A stretch of 64,000 nucleotides of DNA from Antedon mediterranea (Eukaryota; Animalia; Echinodermata), in NCBI RefSeq assembly GCF_964355755.1, contig NC_092680.1, forward strand, positions 4,898,001 through 4,962,000. Direction: 5' to 3'. The number at the start of each line of letters is the position of its first letter. Position 1 is the stretch's first letter. This document shows, piece after piece, positions 11,135 to 22,700 of the stretch. The notes beneath the pieces were generated by a model. That model did no database searches. It was not told the DNA's origin and was given only the letters and a program-made list of their open reading frames with translations. The position numbers were made by a program, and so were the translations under genes.

Positions 11135-14100
11135 ATGGCGAACGAACCAGATTTATGTTCAACACATTGTGATTTGTGGCATAATATAGATAAACTTCAA
11201 AAAGAAATTATTATCTATGAACGCATACATGTTTTAAGTAATGAAAACAAAGAACAGGTAGCTATTTCAGTTAAAACGGAGTCTTCTTTACGTTACAGGT
11301 AAGTACTTAAGTATAGGCCTAGACTAGCCTACCCTCTAGATAGAGTAGGCGCGCCTAGCTAGTAGTAGTTAGGGCTAGGCTAGTTAGGCCTATCCTATCC
11401 TATATAGGCCTAGCTAGCTAGTAGCTAGGGCTAGGCTAGGTATGATCAGAGGCCTAGGCCTATATAGGCCTACTAGCTAGGGGCCTATTCTATAGAGCCT
11501 AGCCTATTCTATATAGGGTATAGGCTAGCTACTACGGTTATCTGATACTAGCCTCTAGGCCTAGACTAGCCTCTAGTAGGCCTAGAGGGGGCCTTCTAGG
11601 CGTACTAACTTGGCCTAGCCTAGGCCTAGGCTACTTATTTTTGATCAAAAAATGACCGTGGTAATGTGAACGGCATATAGGCCTAGGACCTAGGCCTATT
11701 ATATATTATTATTTGTTAGTGTTACTAAGTATCTATGTGGGCCTAGGCTTACTCTCTATATGCCTAGCTAGGCTAGCCTTAGTAGGCATAGGCCTAGTGG
11801 GCGTAGGCCTAGTTGTAACAATTAACAATAATAATGAAACTGTTTAATTTTCTTTCTTTTAAAAAAATGTATAATATTGTTAATTTAATTAGGAATGATG
11901 TGCTGAGAAAATTAGAAGACAATATAGAAAGGATCATTGAACGTTTACAACAGAACAAAGCACCTGCAGTTGCATTTGATAGTAGAACAAGTTGGCAAAA
12001 TGTAAGGTAAGTACATGGAAAAATGAGCTAGCAAATAATAAAATTTATTTAACACAATAATATTTGATTATTATGCATTAGTTTTTCAGCTGATGTTGGA
12101 CTCAAGTTAGATAAGGACAAAAGTGTTTCAGAACTCCGGTTTGACTCAATCAATTCAACTACAAGATTTGGTAAGGCGACACTATCAAACTTTATGTGAC
12201 AAAAAAATGTGATTTCCCCATACACTATATAAATATGATGATGTCATATCACTACCATATTTCGGCAAATTGTTTTGTCAAACTAGTTTGATAGTGTAGA
12301 CAAAACTTGAGATTGAAGCATCAAATAGATACTAAGGTTATGACATACCACATTGATTACTTGACTGTTAGTATTATGACAACGTTCTGCCATAAAATAC
12401 AATAAAGAATTCTGTGTAGAACTGGTTTTATTATGGTGAGATTTAGTTGATGTTTTGTATTTCTTTATTAAGCTCTGATGCTAAGCCTGATGTCTGAATG
12501 CTATAAACTAGTCCAAAGCAACACATTCTCAACTAAACGGTATGTTTTTTAAGATGAATGAAATTTTTTAATAATAATGAGTTGGTCAGTGTTTTAATAT
12601 AGAAAATGTATGTATTGTCAAGAAATATGGAAATAGCATTCTTTATTCTCACTCCTGTGGACGATCAAAGCATATTGATCGAAACGTCGAGAAACTCAAC
12701 AGTTGTTTTCAGAACTAATATACGTGGTGTACCGCAAACTTTGTATCAACATTGTTTCTGCCACTGCAATTACACAAAAATGTATCTTAAACATTTTCAA
12801 TTATTATCACCCAATTATCTAAGATATAATTAGTATTATAATTATAAAATGTTCGAGTTTTTCCTGAATTTTTTTTTTTTTAAATTATTAATGATCATGA
12901 TGTGTGATTCAATATTTGAATCAGAGGCTTGTGCATTCCTATTCAACCAATACCACAATCATCAGAACATTGTACATGTTACCATCATTATCATTTAACT
13001 GTATTTATCATTTGATAGAGACATTTATTACAGAGATCCTCAATTGTTTGGTAGCCAATCAGTGGTAGATGAGCTAGCTGACAACATAGCTTGTATGTTG
13101 TCTGTTCCTCGACATCATCTACATTTGGTAATTTTCAATTTTTATTCATATGAATAATTTTGTTTAAGGCTCTGTCTACACTAATTCATAGGCAGATTTT
13201 TTAAAATAAAAAAAAAACAATTAAAACGATAGGACATTACATTAAGTTTATCTTTTTTTTTTTTTACAACTTTACAATTTAATATCAACTTTTTAATTAA
13301 TCAATTTATAATTCTTATTTTTAGTTGGCAACGTCCAAAGGATGTCTAGCTGGTGATCTTAGTTTTATTGAAATGGATGGTAATTGTGTAGATTGCTCAA
13401 CCACTACAACAGTTAAGTGTGTAAATATTCATTTTAAACGAATATACATATATCAATAGCATATAGAGCATTCAAGTTGGTTAGAAAATAAAAAAGTTTA
13501 GTTATTTATTTTTTTTGTCAGGGTATTTTGGTTCCATCACACGTTGAAGGTCTTACAAGTATCCTTTATTGTTTGTTATCACTGAAAAGTGTCTAGACGT
13601 GCAAAACTGGCTGAGAGCACAGAAATCTGGCAAATGTCACCATCCATGATGAAGCTGCCAAAGTAAAATCTTATTACTGTATCCAAAACGGGGCTGCCAA
13701 ACTGGTTGCATAGAGAATCCTCAATCTTTCAATTTTTACAATATGATTGGCTGCCAAACTGGCTTACTGAATGCCCTAATCTTGAATATATCACCATCAC
13801 TTATGTGGATGAGAAATGTTTTCTAATATAAATGGTAAGCCAATGTTTCTATTTTTATTATCACTAAATGTTGCCAAGATATTCGTTCTGAAGCAAAATT
13901 TGTTTTAATCGTTGAGAAGGATGCAACATTCCAGAAGTTGTTGGATGATGGTTTACTGAAGAGAATTAAGAACTGTATCATTATCACAGTAAGAATCTGT
14001 AATTGTGGTGTCTATGTGGTTTCTATATGTTTTTATGCAGGCCTATTTTAATGTTAACATCAGGCCCGCAACAGAGATATTTTAAGCATTATATATTGTT

Positions 14101-16347
14101 TGACACAGAGCTTAAAATCAAGTTGGTAATCTGAATATTGTATGTGTATTTCACCTGTATTATGTTCTCCACATAGTATATACTGTATACATATTTCCGT
14201 CACTTAAAGATGTATTGTCCCCCTGAAAAAATAATAATAATTATTTAACATTTTTTTGTTGAATATGCCATTTTAATTTCACATAATAATTATCCACATT
14301 GACCCAAAATTAGATCAAAAAAAAAAATGATATACCTGAAAAACTGGAATTTAAAATAAAAAATAGTCAAATTGGCTGCCAGCCAATGGATTTTTGGTTG
14401 AATTTTACCATTTATTATGTCATTTTATAAGTGAAAACATTATTTTGTTGTGTTTTTTTTTCTTAGGAAGTGATTAACTTTATTAAAACTACAAAATAAC
14501 ATATTCAAAGTCTGATTTAATTAATCTTTACTTTTTATGTTTTTGGGGGACAATACATCTTTAAAATGAATAAATACCATTTTGTCACCAGGGTAAAGGT
14601 TTTCCAGACATCAACACAAGAATGATGGTGCGTAAATTATGGGATTGCTTTCATATTCCAATCTTTGGTTTAGTTGATGCGGATCCACATGGTGTGTACA
14701 AAAATGTCTTCAAATTGACCATATGCCATATTTCATATTTAAATCTAAAGCTCTGTCTACAACTATCAAACTGGTTTGACAAAAAAAGTGTGATATGCCC
14801 AAATATGACATCATCATGTCCATATATGGCCACATCACATTTTTTTGTCACATAAAGTTTGATAGTGTAGACAGAGCTTTAATCTCAATTTATCAATTAC
14901 CTATATTATAATTTACAAACTTTACTGACAACCATTTATCATAATAATGGCAGCAACAAAGAGGATGAAAGCAATAAAGTCACTGATGACTGCATTGTAA
15001 ACATCTTTAAATAGGTCTACTTTCTATAAATATAGAATGTTTTGTTTTATAAAATATTAGGCTACAATATAATTGACAAAATATATAGGTAATTAATATG
15101 TAATTATCACTTGACTTTCAGGTATTGAAATACTTTGTGTTTACAAATTTGGATCAAAGGTAGGCTACTATTGGTGCCCCTGTAACTTGTATACACTATT
15201 ACACTATACACTACTTCATAGTATTGATCTCTTTTGCAAAACTGTCTTTTATTTCAGTACAGGCATACTCGTTTGATTCTCAAAACCTGACTGTCCCCTA
15301 TTTAACTTTTATGCTCTGTACACTATCGAATTAGTTTTACAAAAGAAGTGTGAAAAATATGGTAGTGATATGCCCAAATATTGTGATATGACATCCATAT
15401 GGGCACATTACATTTGTTTTTCACATAAAGTTTGATAATGTAGACAGACCTTTACACGTTTTAGTCTTGGTGTCTCTTGCAAGACTTTCTTTCATTTCAT
15501 TATAGTCATACTCATTTGATTCTCACAACCTGACTGTCCCAAGTATACGATGGTTAGGAGTTCTACCTTCAGACATCAAACACCTTCAAATACGCAAAGA
15601 AAGCCTTATACCTCTTACAAAGGCTGATATGGATAAGGCAGGAGAACTTATAAAAAGGCCTTATTACAAACAAATACCAACGTGGATGAAAGAGGTAAGA
15701 TTTATACAATCACATTGTAAACAATAATATTTTAGTAGTTAGTTTGTTTGGAAATAAAATATCTATGTACATGTTCATTTCTACATAGTTATTTGCATAG
15801 TTTATTTAAAAATATATTATCCCCCTAAAAATATTTTTTTTTTCTCACAAAAAAATGTAATATAAAGCAAAAAATACTTGTACAATGGTTTTTGTCTTTT
15901 AAATCTTTAAGAATAATTTATTATCAATTTATCCATATTTAGATGTGGCGATGTTTACCTGTAGTGTTATATTATACACTCAATCCTCCCAATACCGGAC
16001 ACTTTTGAACTAGCATTTTATGTACGGTTTTCTATAACGTCTGGTATTCAAAATGTGTGTTTCTAATGGTAAAATGATTTTGGGACCTTTTGGACCTCAT
16101 GAAAAGGTCTGATTTTTAGGAGAGTTTCCGGTTTTTAGAGAGGTTGGATATTGGGAGAGTTGATTGTATTTAGTTTAATTCGAAGTATATTAATACTTTT
16201 TCCCTTTTTTTTGGTTTGTTATTTTAGATCCAGATTCTACTTACAAGTGGTTATAAAGCCGAAATACAGACACTCACCGCCATCTCAAACAATTTCCTGA
16301 CCGATGTTTACATTCCAAATAAAATTCAACATGGAGGATGGATATAA
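11135..16347 (+). CDS. SPO11: Meiotic recombination protein SPO11 (TopoVI-A homolog) copy 1, 12 exons, ~407 aa
   Basis: Exons 11135-11298, 11893-12006, 12082-12170, 12473-12539, 13019-13127, 13325-13411, 13522-13558, 13879-13988, 14592-14691, 15122-15159, 15506-15694, 16228-16347. Motifs TKRDIYY (catalytic Tyr), VLIVEKDATF, GKGFPD, LVDADPHG, KAEIQ, GGWI*. Confidence 0.97.
11312..11812. repeat. TAGGCCTA/CTAG palindromic low-complexity tract in SPO11 intron 1
   Basis: Scrambled run of taggccta, ctag and tata words. Shorter in unit 2 (29750-30043 plus 34765-34840) and unit 3 (53860-53950). Confidence 0.85.
12645..12696 (+). ncRNA. Minimal type-I hammerhead ribozyme-like motif (Penelope pLTR type, one core mismatch); also ~35669-35720 and ~54783-54834
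   Basis: CTC-CTG(T)GGA-C-GATCAA agcata TTGATC-GAAAC-GTC-GAG gives the core, stem II, palindromic ACGT stem III, GUC site and CTC/GAG stem I. Confidence 0.62.
13559..13878 (+). other. U12-type (minor spliceosome) GT-AG intron 7 of SPO11; also 36583-36901 and 55694-56013
   Basis: 5' splice site GTATCCTTT is the U12 consensus. No polypyrimidine tract directly before the AG. Branch-like ATCACTAAA about 10 nt upstream of it. Confidence 0.85.
14208..14560. mobile_element. TTAA-flanked MITE (Kolobok-like) in SPO11 intron 8, all three units
   Basis: ttaa|agatgtattgtcccc ... ggggacaatacatct|ttaa. Confidence 0.75.
14749..14878. mobile_element. ~130 bp MITE (PIF/Tourist-like); related copies at ~12177-12305, ~13168-13183, ~15312-15452 and in the other units
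   Basis: TIR agctctgtctaca(a)ctatcaaact / agtttgatagtgtagacagagct with TAA/TTA flanks. Confidence 0.75.
15977..16166. mobile_element. TA-flanked Tc1/mariner-type MITE in SPO11 intron 11
   Basis: ta|cactcaatcctcccaatacc ... atattgggagagttgattg|ta imperfect TIRs. Confidence 0.6.
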
Positions 16348-16557
16348 CTATTTTTGCTTTTCCTATGAAGACATACAGTTGACCAAAATAATTGCAATCA
16401 AATTTCAAACATTTTTGTTGATTTTGGTTGTTTTACTTTTAATAAATCTTTGTTGTACAATATGCAGTTGAGGTTTAATTAAAAAGAAAGCATTGGAATA
16501 AAGAAAGTGATAATCACTGTATTTTACCACATATCATGTTTGTTTTCTGTGTATTTT

Positions 16558-16930
16558 CACGCTGCTGCTCTAGCCCGCTACGTCACACGAGATGACTCAT
16601 TCATTAGATGAAATCAAGCAGCTTTATAGTACTACACTTTGACATTTTTGTTAAAATGGAAACTCCACTATAATTTATTGGTACCACCTGTTGAATCCAA
16701 AAACGGCTGAGAAAAGAGTCTAACGACAAATCCCTAAAGCATTCTGGTATTTATGAGTCCCATGATATAATTCGCTGTCAGATAATCATTGAATTATTAT
16801 CAAAACAGTCCATTGAAGTTTTTGTTTGTAATAGGATACTTGAAGTATCTAGGTGTGATGAAGTGACCCCCAGACTTGACCTTAGCAATAACAATAAGTG
16901 AGCAGCGTTTTTTGTAAGAAATATTCTTGT
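16558..16930 (+). mobile_element. Second copy of the HINE-like element, just 3' of SPO11 copy 1
   Basis: The empty site gtgtattttttactttg is seen at 39650 and 58770. Sub-terminal IR acgctgct/agcagcgt and 3' hairpin aagaa-ata-ttctt. Confidence 0.72.
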
Positions 16931-17632
16931 TTACTTTGTAAAATAATATTAATCTGTTCATTTTCTTTTAAATGCGATTAATGCGTTCCATAAAAGCAAT
17001 CGTTTTGAATCAAGAGCGCGACTCGAATCAAGAGCGCGACTCGAGTCGAGTTGTTTTCGCGAAAGACCCAAGCACTTTATACCAAAGAATATTCTTTGCC
17101 TACCATGCAGAATGTGATTACCACCTGAGTGAGTTCTTTATTTTATTTTGTTAAAAACTTTCTTCATAATTAATTAATAATTACTGTATTAATATTAGTG
17201 TCTGGCGTGTTCACAAACAGTAAGAGCGAAACGACCAGGCTTATTAACACCGAACTGTGACAACGAATAATACAGCATATAGGCCTAGAAGCTTAAATTG
17301 TTTAGGCCTAGAGCCTAGAGGGAGAATGATTATCAAAATGTTGATGCGTTTCAATTCCTTTTAACAGCATAGGTAAACTATGTTAGAAAATAACTAATGA
17401 TGTACAAATTAACCTAAATACACGATAATAGGGCCAAAAAGAAAGTAACAAAAAGGGATTTAGAAGATGGAGCGATTGAATGTAAAATACAAATGATATG
17501 GAAGGCCATATGTGCCATTAGCATTTTGAATAACCAAACCAGTTAATTGGGGCGTTATAATTAATACTTCTTGGTGTCAGTTATTTATTGATCCTTTTTC
17601 TACTATTTCTTCTCTACTACTTTCAGTTTAAA

Positions 17633-18909
17633 ATGTATGAAATTATTTGGTTAACATTTGTTGCTGTGTTATGGGGTGGAACAAATCCATTTATCAAGAA
17701 AGGAGGTGCTGGAATTGAAAAGATATCTGAACGAACCGCTGTACGACAATTCCTTGCCGAATTGAAATTTCTGTTCCTTAATTGGAAGGTGAGATACATT
17801 TGGTATTTTTGTTAATGTTATCGATATTAAATAAACAATATTAGATTTCAGATTTATTTCAACAAGGCATGCAAACCGTTGAGTAAAATAATATTATTTA
17901 CTAACAAATTGCTGTAACTGCTAATTAGAAAAAGTTTCACACAATAAACCACAAATATGTCAAACCATTATCAGCTTTCAAATTTAGGAAATTAAATAAA
18001 AAAGGGCTTCTGTCAAACAAATTACAAAATTTGTTTAATTTATTGATATTTTAATTTTAGTTAGTACTGTAATTCTGAAGAAAATAATAGGGAGGTTTCG
18101 CAACCTTACGAATACGATAACGAAAACGGATACGTCACACATTTGTGAAACTTTTGAGCTGATCCCCATTTCATATTCGTAAAGCGTATTCGTGTTGACG
18201 AATATCACCAGTCATATTCGTAACTACAAAACGAGTATAGTTTTTGATCTATTTTGCACATTTTGCATTTGAATTAGGAATGATTCATGATTATAATATA
18301 ATTATATATTTATTAAATAGCAGTTTTTAAATTCCTCACTCGATTTGATGTTACGCTAGGCCTAGGCAACCAAGCACCAAGCTACACGTACCTGCGCTTC
18401 GCTCAAATTTACCGGAGTCATATTTTGGACGCGCCTCAATATTTCTTTACCATGCGAAACAGATTTTTTTATGGCTTACGAAAACGAATACGTGTGCGTG
18501 ACGTATCCGTTTTCGTTATCGTATTCGTAAGATTGCGAAACCTCTCTCTATTATCAAAAATAGGATGCAAGTTTCAAACCATACTTCACCTAATTTGCAT
18601 AATATGCAAATTAGCTGTTTTGGTTTTTTTTTTATAAGAAATAATATATTATGGCATATTGTTTCATAACGAACAGTATAGCCAATTAGAATAGAATAAA
18701 AAATGGAAACAAACTCAATCTTGCAATTTATTTGACAGGAAGGTCTAATTCTGCTTGGCTATTTATTTGTTTACACATCCAATATTCAAATACTTACACT
18801 GTAATCATTCATTGATACTAGATATTTTCTCCTTTTTTTCAGTATTTAGTTCCATTCCTGCTTAACCAATCTGGATCGATTTTGTACTATCTGACCTTAG
18901 CAACGATGG
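17633..18909 (+). pseudogene. TMEM234: TMEM234 5' fragment (coding exons 1-2 only), unit 1
   Basis: Exons 17633-17788 and 18843-18909 (LWGGTNPFIKKG...YLVPFLLNQSGS). Exons 3-4 are absent because the junction lies in intron 2. Confidence 0.88.
18089..18549. mobile_element. PIF/Harbinger-like MITE in TMEM234 intron 1; also 40717-41177, absent in unit 3
   Basis: ~50 bp TIR gggaggtttcgcaaccttacgaatacgataacgaaaacggatacgtcac. Empty site at ~59950. Confidence 0.8.
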
Positions 18910-19310
18910 GTTAGTTTTGTTTTATACAGTAGTACCCGTATTATAGGGACACCTTTGGAACTCAACAAAGTGACACCTTTGGAACACAACACAGTGTCAC
19001 CTTAATAGAAATTTCTCTCAATAAGTGTATATACTTTATTTATTCACCAGACTGTACAGTACAACATGTTTAATCAACAGTTATTTTTTTACACAAATGT
19101 GTGATATTACAAAAAATCCAACACCATATAAATACGAAAAAAGAAAGAAAAAATTGAAAAGAAAAATTTTAGCAGAAAAATTATCGTCTGAAGAGATTGA
19201 CCATAGTGTTACAACATGTATTGTATTTCCCCTTGTTTGTTTCATAGTAAAGTTTGTTGATATAAAATTTGCAGTACACCAAATTATATTTGTTCTGAAA
19301 ATAACTGTTG

Positions 19311-19362
19311 AGTTTCGCGACGTTTTAATCAATATGCATTGATCGTCCTCAGAAGTGAGAAT
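19311..19362 (-). ncRNA. Degenerate hammerhead motif of the same family, in an inverted pLTR-like pair; also ~41938-41989 and ~60688-60739
   Basis: The minus strand reads CTT-CTGAGGA-C-GATCAAT gcat ATTGATT-AAAAC-GTC, followed on the plus strand by an inverted partial copy (gtcgagaaactcaacagt). Confidence 0.55.
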
Positions 19363-19747
19363 GTCGAGAAACTCAACAGTTCTTTTTTTCAGTTGTGTAC
19401 TGCAAACTTTATATCAACAGACCAATCAGAACACTACTTCCGTTTACCGGAAATTTAAGGTGTTGTAGAACATTTTGGGAAAAAACTACGAATCATACAG
19501 TAGGTCTAGTAAATTGTAAAAAAGTAGTGACAATTACAATAAAAAAAAAAACTTTTTAGTGTGAATCATGGCGATATTTCCCTATGGTTCAACAAACGAG
19601 CTAAAATGAAAAATATCAAATGAAAATATGTTAATTTATTAACTAGCTATATATATAAATGAGTAATGAGCATGTGCAAGTTTTTATCAAACTACCTAAC
19701 CTATCTGAATTTCGGAGCTTCAGGGAGGACATTCCAATTTAATTCAA

Positions 19748-22700
19748 TCACATTTTCTTAGCATGAAGGAAGTAACATTCACAATCAGAATACATAATGC
19801 CATCACTATTTACTGGTAGTTCTCGTTTACACCAATCCATCGCATCTTTAACAAATTCATCTTGAAGATCATCGGGTATTCGAGTTAATTGTCCAGACAT
19901 AGTGCGAACATAACCTTAAAAAGAATTTTGTTCAGTGCTTCTGCTAAATCAACAGTATATGATAAAAGTTTTGCCGTGATGTCGGCGGAAAAATCGTCAT
20001 TGACGCTATAAGGACTACGAATCGTAGGTCCAGTTTACACAAACTATTCGTGCACACTTTAAAGAACAGTGAGCCTACATCTTTCTAGATGAGGGTTACC
20101 CTGGTTCACACATCCACTGTCCGTGGATAGGGCAGAGAGTGTTAGAATGGGCAGCACTGACATGACGTGACTCTTGGGGAAAAAGCATGAGATGAAAATA
20201 ATGTAACATCTAATTCCACAGTGCCATGGGGAATGATCGTTGGAATGGCGCTATAGAAATGGAAATTATTGATTAATTGCCGAGATAATCTCTTACTTAC
20301 CATCAAGTTCATAATCATTTTCTATGATAAACATGGAGGGATCTATGACTTCTTTGCTGACCAATAAGAATCCTTCAGTTTCTAAAAGACTACACCAACC
20401 ATCCGAGTTTAAGTCATTTTTTATACCGCCTTCGTAATCCTGAACAAACAGAAATTGTACTGATTAAACATTTGAGTGTGTTATGCGTAAACAGTGCTTT
20501 AATAAATAAATAATAAATAAACTCTTCCCTGGACTAACGCACCTTAAGACAGCAATCTAACCATTGCAAGATCCACGTCAATTATCTGCTGAGCCCACGC
20601 AACATTTATAACTGTAGTAGCTGACGTTACCTATCAATTATTATATTTTTCAGACATATATCTGTAGTATATTTCGCGTTGAACGTTTTAATAAAAAAAT
20701 GTGACGCCTATAATAACACTATAAGAAATATGATAAAATGTAAACTGACCTTAAGAAAACGATTCCACTTTGAGTGGTTCTTAAGATAAGACGGAAGCTC
20801 ATTTTCTCCAGTTCCACCAAATAGGAAGATTGGACCAACAACTAAAATAAATAATTCTCCGCCTTGTTTCATACATTGTTGTATATTTTGGATAGTCTTT
20901 TTCTTATCTTTCACCCAGTGCAAGACGTACATTGATGTGACTTTATTAAACTGATTTTGTTTCCATTTTGAGAGATTTGTTCCAAAATCCTGAGCGTCAC
21001 AGACAGCATACTTCACATTGCTTAATTGGTGATGTTGTTTTGCATAATCAATCATATCGTCGGAGTAATCGATGCCTTAATTAATTAATATATTAAATGA
21101 AATAATTAAACTATAAATGAAGGTTGATGGGTGGCACAAATTCAGGTGGCAAGGGTCGAGTGGCAAAAGCCAGGATGAAACGGGCCTAGGCCTAGAGTGA
21201 CCCGTCTAATACAGGTGTCTGATCATTTCGGCCGCCAGTTATTTCGGTCGCCGGTTATGGAATTGCCAAATTCATGAAACGCCAAAAAGGACAAAATATG
21301 TATTGTTCATTTCGGCCGCCAGAATTGTAATTATTCTTGAATATGTATGACACACCATGTGTTTTAAAATTATTAAGCCGAATCAGCGGTCTTTAATTCC
21401 AGAAACAGCAGCGATATTTATGGCGTGCACATTGCCATCACTACAGTGAATTATTAATAATATTGTTTTAATAATAAGGAGGTGATGCTGAATTTTTTTT
21501 TATGTGCCAGTCAAAAACACTTTTATTTGTATGTTTTGCATTTATTAGGTCTATATTCATAAAGAAACACATTTTTACAAAGCACACGCATCTTTGGGAC
21601 CTGTAAAATAAATAAAAAAAATAAACATTTAATACCGTAATATAACTTTAAATTTACAGCAAAAACAAAATGTATTTAGCCCAACTGCACAACTGATCTC
21701 TGGTTTAAATGACCATGGTTCTCTGTGGCGTTGGTATTTTAAAGTTATTTAATATTTTTTTCACTGTAATAATACTGTATGTACAGTTATTTCTGGCTAT
21801 TTCAATTTGGCAAACCATACCTGGCGGCCGAAATGATCATGCCATATTTTGTCCTTTTTGGAGTTTCATGAATTTGGTCGTTCCATAATCGGCGGCCGAA
21901 ATGATTGGCGGCCGAAATGCACTGTGACCCGTCTAATACGATTTCGATCCAAGTCGGCCCTAAACCGTCTCGGCCAAAGTCAAGTCGGCCCCAAGTCAAG
22001 TCGGCCCCAAGTCAACTCGGCCCCAAGTCAACTCGGCTTCAAATCAACTCGGCCTCACGTCAACTCGGCCAAAAAGTAATCGGTCAACTCGGCCCCGTTA
22101 AAATATGGAACGCAAAAAGTGCAAATGAAGGGGATTGATAAAATAATATTTCTTCACAATTTTTTAACTATAAATAATTCTGACTTTTAATGAATATTAA
22201 TATTTAGACAATAATATATTTAGCATAAAAAATAGGAATGATTTCACCAACTTTCCTTTATTTACGTTTAATAAAATTTCAAATTGCACAATTGAAAACA
22301 ATTCGTAGCTGCGCCTCCCTGCGCCTTTGGCAGCTTTTTTGATATCTACAACTGCTACGTGTTTTCACTGACCGGGGGATTCCCCTTTTTTTTAAACGCA
22401 AATCATGGACAAAAAAGATATGTACGATCATTTTTTCTATGGAACGTAGGCCTCCGTCTTCGATTTACTAAAATGCGGTACCTGCACGTGTTTTTGTAAC
22501 ACGCGGGTACTTATATTCATATCGGCAATGAGTTCATTTTTTTATATGATATTATTTAATTATATTATTTTTTTTATTTCTTCATTTTTTTAAAGCGTGG
22601 ATAGTAAGAATCATAATAATATTAAGCACTTTTTGCGTTCCATACTTTATTGTGGCCGAGTTGACCGATTAGTTTGAGGCCGAGTTGACTTGAGGCCGAG

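Larger units (their letters stand above)
1..19419. repeat. Tandem segmental duplication unit 1 (5' part outside window)
   Basis: The same ORFs recur at 271/20708/43343, 17588/40216/59456 etc. Homology to the unit 3 flank stops at ...aactttatatcaaca (19419). Confidence 0.95.

Noticed and set aside
13600-13770. Repeated ggctgccaaactgg words in the U12 intron
   Set aside because: A short degenerate tandem repeat with no evident structure or termini.
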